Shown here: positions 1 to 9,800 of the stretch, piece by piece | Layout: the number at the start of each line of letters is the position of its first letter | Numbering within the stretch: position 1 is the first letter of the stretch | DNA from: a virus | Length of the DNA stretch: 64,000 nucleotides | Virus record (IMG/VR): IMGVR_UViG_3300025853_009406 | Location: 32,001-96,000 of that record | Strand: one strand, 5' to 3' | Made by a program: the position numbers and the translations under genes | Notes under the pieces: generated by a model | Told to the model about the DNA's origin: nothing | The model's database searches: none | What the model saw: the letters and a program-made list of their open reading frames with translations, nothing else

Positions 1-86
1 GTTACCTCAAGTACAGTAGAGTTTTCGGTATAAGAAGATATACCGACGCTAAGATTCCTTTTACGTTCGCTTAAAAACTTTGGCAT
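1..86 (-). CDS. 5' end of a structural/fibre-associated protein (runs off the window)
   Basis: Manual translation from ATG at 86 gives MPKFLSERKRNLSVGISSYTENSTVLEV, the same N-terminal motif as ORFs 10980-11492 and 13107-15125. Confidence 0.7.
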   Translation of the reverse strand, partial: MPKFLSERKRNLSVGISSYTENSTVLEV

Positions 87-154
87 TAGTCAACCTATAC
101 ATTTGTGGTATATACCGCAGATCCAGTTATATAACTGAATATAATAATATTTAT

Positions 155-442
155 TCAATTAAATATTTCTTCATTATCCAAAATACTTTCTTCTTCGTCT
201 TGTTTTGCTAACGTTACTTTAGTTTTTCTGGAGGTTCTTTTCTTCAGTTTTTCTTGTTCTTTAGTAATATCTCCAATAGTTTCGTTGAGATTTTCTACCA
301 TAGAACTAAGAGTTGCTACCTTAGCTTCCAATGAGATGTTTTCATTAAACAACTTAAAAGTTTTTTGTTGATATACTGAGATTAAAGTTTTATAGTCATC
401 CTCAGAGATATACTGAAACTCATCTTCTTTATTTCTAGACAT
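155..442 (-). CDS. hypothetical coiled-coil protein
   Basis: ORF track; start moved to MSRNKED (442), downstream of a CATAAATA box at 468-475. Confidence 0.65.
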   Translation of the reverse strand: MSRNKEDEFQYISEDDYKTLISVYQQKTFKLFNENISLEAKVATLSSMVENLNETIGDITKEQEKLKKRTSRKTKVTLAKQDEEESILDNEEIFN

Positions 443-502
443 AAAAAAATAGGTGTAATAATACACCTATTTATGTGGATTTGATTATATTATTTTTTTA
501 AA

Positions 503-844
503 TCAGTTTAGGGTCTCAAGAACTGAAACGATAAACTTGACATCACTACTTGTACTTCCTTCAACCTTGAGGGAATCTCCCTGCTCCATAACTAGTTTTC
601 CTGCTAATAGATTGACAGCATCATTTGCTGGGATTGGAAACTCACGGAATAGTTCGGTTGTTACCGCAATACCAGATTTGGTTCTTACATGAGAAACGCT
701 AATATCTTGACTAGATGCTCCCACGTTTGATGCTTGTGCCAGGAGGAGTACTCCCGTGTAACCCACGGGAGCAGTATAAATTCCTACTGGTTCTGTTGAG
801 ACAACATTAGTGATTGTCTTGAATACGTTAAGGGCTAATGCCAT
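503..844 (-). CDS. small putative virion structural protein
   Basis: 113-aa beta-rich ORF starting 3 nt after the stop of the giant gene. Confidence 0.6.
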   Translation of the reverse strand: MALALNVFKTITNVVSTEPVGIYTAPVGYTGVLLLAQASNVGASSQDISVSHVRTKSGIAVTTELFREFPIPANDAVNLLAGKLVMEQGDSLKVEGSTSSDVKFIVSVLETLN

Positions 845-847
845 GGA

Positions 848-3800
848 TTACTCTCCTCCGAGTGCTAGAATGAATGGGGTTAGGGTTGAGAACAACGACT
901 TGGAATATGCCGTTCCAGAGATAGTACCAGTATTCTGGTTAATGATTAGTCCGTCACCAATCTTGAAGTTACCTGACTGATCAGTACTGGTGAATACGAC
1001 CAGACCACCATTCAGATTCACAGTTTCATTTTCAGCAATAGTAACGCCACCATTCTGAGGAAGTGCAGCTTTTACATCGATACCAGAACCAATGTATTCA
1101 AATGCATGAGATGATGCGAGAACTCTACTTTGCTTGTAGAACTCAACTTCCATTCCAGCGGTTACTTCATATGGAACCTGTGCGTCAAGGGTGATTGTTG
1201 AGATTCCTGCAGAAGGATATGTTGCCTTATTAACTGTGTAGTAACTTGGATACATATCAATCACGATTCTTGCAGGTGTTCCTCCACCTATAGGAGCACC
1301 GATTGTAACGGTTGGAGGAACAATGAATCCTCTACCGCTAGAAACAACTTCAACTCCAGTTACCTGACCATTCTCGACTGTTGCGATTGCCTGTGCAGGT
1401 ACGCCCCAAGCAGTTGTTGGATTACCAATAGTAACTTCTGGAGTACTGGTATAACCAGAACCTTTAGTTGTTACTCTAATCTTGTCAACCTGATAGTATA
1501 ACTTATCAAACACAGTTACTTGACCGTCGAATGGTCTCTGTGGATTAATCTGTACTGTACCACCAGAAGTATAGAAGTGTGGGAATGGACCTTTACCTAC
1601 GTTAGCGGTAAAGTCTGTTGAAGTTGTAGCAACCGAGCATGTGGTTGGTTGACCCTTAACGATTGCGTCAGTTGCGATACCAATGAGGTTATCAATAGTA
1701 TCTTGAACATTTTGGCAAGCGTCTGGATCGTTATTGGAGTTAAGAACAGGATCAGGAGCGAGCTTGAAGTTCTTGCTATTTAGTTGATTATTGATAGCAA
1801 GTTGCATATAGTCAGCAGATGCACGGAAAGCAGTTACGGTTTCAACTTCTTCACCGATTAGTGCATCAGAGAGTGGCTTGCCAGTCTCTTGATCGAAGTA
1901 GTAGTTGGTTGCACTAATGATATTTTTATTAGTGAAGTTAAGAAGATCATTCTTAACTGCATCAACGATGTAACCAATGTCTCTTCTGCACTTAGTCTCT
2001 TGATCTAGGAGTCTACCTGCATTAGGTAAGAAGTTATCTAGTTCAGTTAGAGTACCGATTCCGATTACAGTTGTAACGATTCCGATTCTATTGTCAACTA
2101 CGTCCTGAACATCTTGACAGGTTTCAGGATTACCCGATCTTGTATAAGTGATTACTGGACCAACACCGTAGTTTGCACCACCGAAGGATAGAGTTAGATC
2201 CTTAGTATAGAGTTGGTTAGTTAGAGCACCCTTCATGTAATCACCTGCCTTACCGAAAGCAGTTACAGATTCAGATCTTTCACCATACAGACCTGGAGTT
2301 AGTGGTTGACCAGTTCCAGTGAAGTATTGCTTAGTGAAGTCTCTTGAATAAGTATTACCTCCGAGGAATACGTCAGTTGAAACAGCGTCAACTAGGTATC
2401 CAATGTCTCTTGCACACTTATAACCACCTGGGGAAGAAGTAGTTCCGAGACCAACGAAGTCATCTGCATCAGTTCCATAACCAACTGTCTGACCAAACTC
2501 GCCTGGTTGTAAGTAGAAATAACCATTGTTGATACCGTATGTTCCATCATAAAGTGCTGCAGTGTTACCTGCGGCAACTACGACTGTTACAATACCAACT
2601 AGGTTTTCAATGTTTGCCTGAACATCTGCACAGGTTTCACCATTACCCGAAGCATTATACTGGATATTACCACCAGCACCATTGTAAGATGCAGGACCGA
2701 AGGTTAAAGTTAGATCCTTAGAATATAGTTGGTTAGTTACTGCTCGCTTCATGAGAGGTTCAGCAGCTTCAAATGCGGTTAGTGAAGGTGCGAGTTCACC
2801 GTCTAGTCCGCCTCTGATTACTGATCCATCAGCGTAGTAGTATTGCTCAGAGAATCCTCTGGAATATCTATTACCACCAGTAAACACGTCAGTTGATACT
2901 GCATCAACTAAGAATCCAAGGTCTCTAGCACACTTGTAACCGCCAGGGTTCTCAGTGGTTCCGATACCAGTTCCTCTGTCGAAGATTCCAGTATCATAAG
3001 TTAGAGCGCCGAATGAAGCAGTGCTTCCAGCACCAAGAGAAACAGTTACAATACCAACCAGAGTATCAATGTTATCCTGAACATCTAAGCAGGAATTCTC
3101 GTTTCCAGACTGTAGAACAGGGATAGAGGAACCGATACCATAGTACTGAGGACCAGATGAAATACCAAGATCCTTAGTATAGAGTTGGTTAGTGATTGCA
3201 TCCTTCATCCACTCACCGCCACCCATTAAACCAACGATTGTTGGAGCAACTTCATTTCCATCAATGTGAATAGCACCAGACTGGTTGAAGTATTGCTTGG
3301 TAAACTCTTGTGAGTATCTGTTACCAGAAGTGAATACGTCGGTTGCGACGGCATCAACAAAGAATCCAACGTCTCTTGCACACTTATAACCACCTGGAGT
3401 GTTAGTTGTACCAACACCAACTGATTGATCAAATAGACCAGTGTTGAGTGGGAATGTAATAGAAGCAGTGCTTCCAGCACCAAGAGAAGATGTTACGATT
3501 CCAGCGAGAGTATCAATGGTATCTTGAATATCCTGACATGCAGTTGAAGAAGTGTTAGCAACGTCTGAACCCTCATTTCCTGCATTATATGTTGGGTTAC
3601 CAACTGAGATTGTTAGATCAGAGTATGTAGCGCCAACTAAAGAGTTAGTAATTGCATTGAGCATGTACCCTCTTGCTTGATCAAAGACATAGAGTGACTC
3701 ATCCATCTCACCCTGTAGACCATTAGAGATTAGTGAACCATTTTCAAAATATTGGAAGGTGAACTCAGAAGCATAAGTATTACCACCAGTTAGTACATCA

Positions 3801-6800
3801 AGAGCAACTGCATCAATGAAGAATCCAGTATCTCTCTTACACTTCTCTTCAACTGAAGCGAAGTTGAATGAACTGAATAGTGGGTTATTGACTGCATCGG
3901 TGAACGCTGCGCCAACGATTACCTCCTTATTGAGTTGAATCATTCTGTAAGCATCATAATATCTTGATCTTCCGTTAGACTGTGCGTCACCTGGGAAGTA
4001 GAATGCATCATAAGCATCATAACCTTGAGCAATAGAACCGATAGATCTATCGATAACTTCTTGCTTGTTCTGTTGGATTAGACGATATGAATCGAAGTAT
4101 CTGTACTGCTCATCATCTCTCTCATCAAATCCAGTGTTAAGAGTTGGGAGTTGTGAAGTGGTTCCTAGACCAACTGCAACAGTTGCAATACCAACTAGGT
4201 TCTCGATTAGGTCTTGAACATCTGCACAAGATGATGCGCTTCTGTTATCATTAGTGACGTAATCGGGAGAAATAGTTAGGTCTTGAGCATTGAGTTGGTT
4301 AGTTACTGCTCCTCTTGCGAGATCGCCAAGTGCAGTGAATGCGGTAACTGACTCAGACTCTTCACCGAGTAGACCATCAGAGATTGGATTACCATTACCA
4401 TCGAAGTATGATAGAGCGAATCCAACAACATTATCGTTAGAACCTGCCCATACATCCTCTGCGAGTGCGGAGTGTAGATAACCAAGATCTCTAGCACACT
4501 TAAATCCGCCTGGGGATGCTACAGTACCAACACCCGACTGGTTAAAGTAACCAACATTTAATGTTGGAAGACTATTGGTTGATCCAAATCCTACTGCAGT
4601 GGTAACCACTCCAACTAGGTTTTCAATGTTTGCTTGGACATCAACACAAGCTTCAGCATTACCAGAAGGTAGTACAGGGATGGAAGAACCAGCGCCTGCA
4701 TAAATCGCTTTACCTGGTGAGATTGTTAGATCTTTGACGTTGAGTTGGTTAGTGATTGCCTTTCTTGCATAGAATCCTGCGTAATCGAAGGAAACAACAC
4801 TTGGAGACTCTTCGCCAGTCAGACTTGCTGTTGGTGAACCTGCCCCATCAAAGTAGAATAGAGTGAAATCTCTTGTGTAGCTATTACCACCTGTAAATAC
4901 ATCAGTTGCAACGGCATCAACAAGGTAACCAATATCTCTTGCACACTTAGTACCACCAGGAGATAGAGTACCGAAGTCTTCCATCTGGAGTGATAACTTG
5001 GTGAATGGATCAGTGTTGACTACAAAGTTACCAGTATTGAGAGCATCGCCAGAAGGTAGTTGTGTAGTGGTTCCGAGACCAACTGCAACTGTTACGATAC
5101 CAACTAAGTTCTCAATAGCAGACTGAACATCAATACAAGCATTAGCATTACCAGAGATTAACACAGGTAGTTTAGTATCATCGGTACCGTATCTAGCAGT
5201 ACCAGAAGAAATGCCAACATCCTTAGAGTTAAGTTGGTTGGTAACTGCCTTCTTCATGAAGGTCTCTGCAGAATCAAATGCTACAAGTGATTGTGCTTCT
5301 TCACCAACCAGACCATTGCTGATTGGAAGTCCAGCGCCATCAAAGTATTGAAGAACGAACTCTCTAGAATAGCTGTTGCCTCCAGTAAATACGTCGGTTG
5401 AAACTGCATCAACTAAGAATCCAATATCTCTAGCACACTTGAATCCACCTGGGGATGAAGTAGTACCAATACCAGATTGTGAGAAGTAACCATCGTTGAT
5501 TGATGTAGGAACGTCTGCGAATGTTGCGGTTGTACCAATAGAAACAACTGCAGTAACAACTCCAACGAGAGTATCAATGTTATCCTGAACATCAATACAT
5601 GCTGCTGCATTACCCGAAGGAAGAACTGCAATATCTCCACCAGCACCACCATAAGTAGCAGCACCAGAAGAAATGCCAACATCCTTTCTATAAAGTTGGT
5701 TGGTGATTGCGTCCTTCATGAACTCACCAGCAGCAATGAATGCAGTGTTTGAAGGAGCTTCTTCGCCTAGTAGACCTGTCTTAATCCATCCACGATAGGT
5801 TGGTTCATATGACTTGACAGAATCGATTGTTGTTCTTACGAATGTATGTGCAGACTGTGGAAGATGCTTGATTGCTCCAGCGATTGCACTTACAAATGTA
5901 TGTGCTGTTTGTGGTTCATGTCTAATAGCATTACACTCAGCACGTACAAATGTGTGTACAGAACCTGATGCAGAACCAGCATTTCCAACATTAACTGTGA
6001 ATGTACCAGTCTGCCTCTCAAGACCGTTTGCAGATGCACTTACAAATGTGTGAGTTCCAGTGTAGTCAGCAGCACCAATATTAATCTTGAAGGTGTTATC
6101 AGTCTTCTCACTGATCTGTAACCAGCGACCTGATGGATAATCATATCCAGCGCGTGGATATGACTTAGATACTGTGTTACCATCTAGTTCGCAAGTGAAG
6201 GTTAGTGAACCATCATCAAGTTTAATATAATCTTCATTAGCAAATCCATGAGAAGCAACTGTTAGAACAACATCTCCAGTTGCAGGGTCATAAGTTGCTG
6301 CAGTTACAGTATGAGTGGAAACGCCAACTTCATTGATCGCAGTTGCGATACCTGAGATTGGATTGCCTGCTGCAGGATATGCATGTTCAGTAGCATTTCC
6401 ATCCTGGTCACAAGTGAAGATCATTGACTCATCTTCAATAATGACTGCACGACCAACGCCAAGACCATGCTGACCAACAGTAACAGTTAGATCACCAGTT
6501 GCTGCATTATAAGTAGCAGCAGTTGGATCAAAGTACTTGTTAGGACCAGACTTACCTACATTAACGGTTAGAGAATCATCTGTAACACCAGTAATCTTGA
6601 TTGATCTACCTGCGTATGGATCGATTCCTGGACGTGGATATGTCTTCTGTGCTTGATTATTATCAAATGCACAAGTGAAGGTGAAAGAGTTGTCCTCGAT
6701 GATAACACCCTCTCCAACACTCAGTGAGTGCTCACCAACAGTAACGGTGAAGTCACCAGTTGCAGGATCATATGTTGCTGCAGTTGGGTTGAATGACCAG

Positions 6801-9800
6801 TCAGTACCAGAAGCACCAACATTAACAGTCACTGATGTTGCACTAGTTCCAGTAATCGTTAGAGGAGAGTTATATGCAACTTGACCTTTTGCTGGTAGAG
6901 AGTGCTCACTCTTATTGCCATCCATTGCACAAGTGAAAGTGAAGCTTTCCTTGTCTAGGAAGATAACATCAGATGTTTGTAGTGGGTGATCTGCACCAAC
7001 AATCATCGTGAAGTCGCCAGTTGCAGGATTATAAGTTGCAGAAGTTGGTGTCCAACCTGCTGCCTCTTGGAAGTTATTTTGTAGATAACCAATAGCGTAG
7101 GAGTTACCTCCAGTAAATACGTCAGTTGAAACAGCGTCAACTAAGAATCCAAGATCTCTAGCACACTTAAGTCCACCAGGAGAATAGGAGCTAATACCAA
7201 GTGCCTGGTTAAACTCACCTACGTCTAGAGTTCCTTGACTTGTAGGTAGTTCTGAAGTTGTACCGATACCTACAGCGTAAGTAACAATTCCGACTAGTGC
7301 ATCAATACTATCCTGAACATCTAGACATGCATTTGCATTACCAGATCTTAGAACCTCAATGTTAGGACCGCCACCTCCGAAGTATGCTTTACCCGAAGAA
7401 ATGCCAACATCCTTATTGAAGAGTTGGTTAGTTACTGCATCCTTCATGTATTCGCCAGCAGATTCAAATGCGACGACTGAAGGACCTTCTTCACCTAGAA
7501 GACCATTAATGATTGGAGCAGCATTATCAAAATACTGCAATGCAAATCCATCTGCATAGTAGTTACCAGCAGTGAATAGGTCAGTTGAAATAGAATCGAT
7601 GAAGAAACCAAGGTCTCTTGCACACTTATAACCACCTGGTGATGAAGTAGTACCAACACCAACAGACTGGTTGAAGTAACCATAGTTGATAGTTGCCGTT
7701 ACATCAGATGCAGTTGCAGTGGTTCCTAGACCAACAACTGAAGTAACGATACCGATTAGGTTATCAATGTTGTTCTGAACGTCAATACATGAAGCTTCGT
7801 TACCAGATCTTAGAACAGCAATATCACCTCCACCACCACCATAAGAAGCAGGACCAGATGAAATACCAAGATCCTTAGTATAGAGTTGGTTAGTGATTGC
7901 GTCCTTCATGAACTCACCAGCTCCGATGAATCCATATAGAGACTGTAGTTCTTCTTCGTATAGACCCTCACTGATTGGATTACCAGTTCCATCATCGAAG
8001 TACTCAAGGATAAACTCTCTAGAATAGAGGTTACCGCCAGTAAATACGTCAGTTGAAACTGAATCGATTAGGAATCCGATGTCTCTAGCACACTTGAATC
8101 CTCCTGGAGTTGCAGTGGTTCCGATACCTGCTTGGTTGAAGATACCGAGATTTCTTGTACCAGCGAAGGAGGTTGTATTTGCCTCAGTAATAGCATCAGT
8201 TACGATTGTAACTAGGTTTTCAATGTTTGTTTGTACGTTAGCACAAGCACCAGTATCAGTATTTGAAGATGCTAGAGGATCAGTTGTAATACCAACATCA
8301 GTATAGGTTAGGTTGTTAGCAATAGCTAACTTCATTCTGTCTCTTGCTTCATTGAAAGCGTAGATGGATTGAACCTCTTCGCCACCAATACCATTATCAT
8401 AGATAGCATCATTCTCAAAATATTGTAGAGTAAAGTCTTGAGAATATGCGTTACCACCAGTTAGAATGTCAAGAGAAATGGCATCAATAAAGTAACCAAG
8501 GTCTCTCTTACACTTAGTTTCAGTGCTAAGGATACCAGGATACTGAGTTCTTGTAGCATTCCAAGAACCATTAATAATCTCATCTTTGTTTTTCTGGATC
8601 AGACGATATGAATCATAGTATCTGGAACGTGCATTTGTCTCTTCATCACCAGGGAATACCCAATCAGTTGGATAAAGATCATAGTTAACAGTGATGTTAC
8701 CAATAGATCTATCAATAATTTCTCTTCTGTTCTGTTGGATTAGACGATATGAATCGAAGAATCTTGATCTTTCATTAGTTTGAAGATCGTTAGGGAAGTA
8801 GAAATCAGGATAACTGATAGAGATAGATGCTAGTGACTTATCAATAATCTCCTGTCTATTCTGTTGGATTAGACGATATGAATCATAGTATCTGGATCTT
8901 GCTGTAGTTTGAGAATCGCCTGGGAAATAAAAGTCTGGATGCTCTAATGAAATAGCAGCAAGTGACTTATCAATAACTTCTTGTCTGTTCTGCTGGATTA
9001 GGCGATATGAATCGAAATATCTTGAGCGAGCATTGGTCTCAAGATCTCCAGGGAAGTAGAATTGATCATACTTAGTTGCAATAGAAGCAAGTGACTTATC
9101 AATAATCTCTTGCTTGTTCTCATTGATTAAACGATATGCATCATAGAATCTTGATCTTGCATTGGTCTCTGTATCGCCAGGGAAGAAGAAATCGTCATAG
9201 TTGTCATAATCTAATGAGATAGAAGCAAGGGACTTATCAACAATTTCTTGCTTGTTCTGAAGGATTAGACGATAAGAATCATAGAATCTAGATCTATCAG
9301 TCGTCTCTGCATCATCAGGGAAGTAGAAATCTGGGTGATATAGACCGATAGTCGCAAGAGACTTATCAATGATTTCATCTTTATTTGAGTTAATAAGATT
9401 AAATGAATCTTTAAATCTGTTTCTTGAAGTATCTGGGAAGTAGAAATCTGGGTGGCCAATAGCAATCTGTGCTAGCGACTTATCAATAACTTCCTGTCTG
9501 TTCTTCTGGATCAGACGATATGAATCAAAGAATCTTGATCTTGCGTTTGTCTGATTATCATTAGGGAAATAGAAATCAGGATGCTCAACAGCAATCTCTG
9601 CAAGTGATCTATCAATGATCTCTTGCTTATTATGTTGGATTAGACGATATGAATCAAAGAATCTTGATCTTGAGTTAGTCTCTTCTTCGCCTGGGAATAC
9701 AAAATCAGGATGCTTATAAGAGATAGAAGCAAGTGCCTTGTCAAGAATCTCAGTTTTGTTTGCTTCGATTGACTCGCTAGCATCACTATATCTACCAGGA

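Noticed and set aside
8516-9793. Regularly spaced DNA repeats (GACGATATGAATC, GACTTATCAAT) resembling a CRISPR array or DGR repeats
   Set aside because: They are in-frame coding repeats with synonymous variation; no cas or reverse transcriptase gene is present
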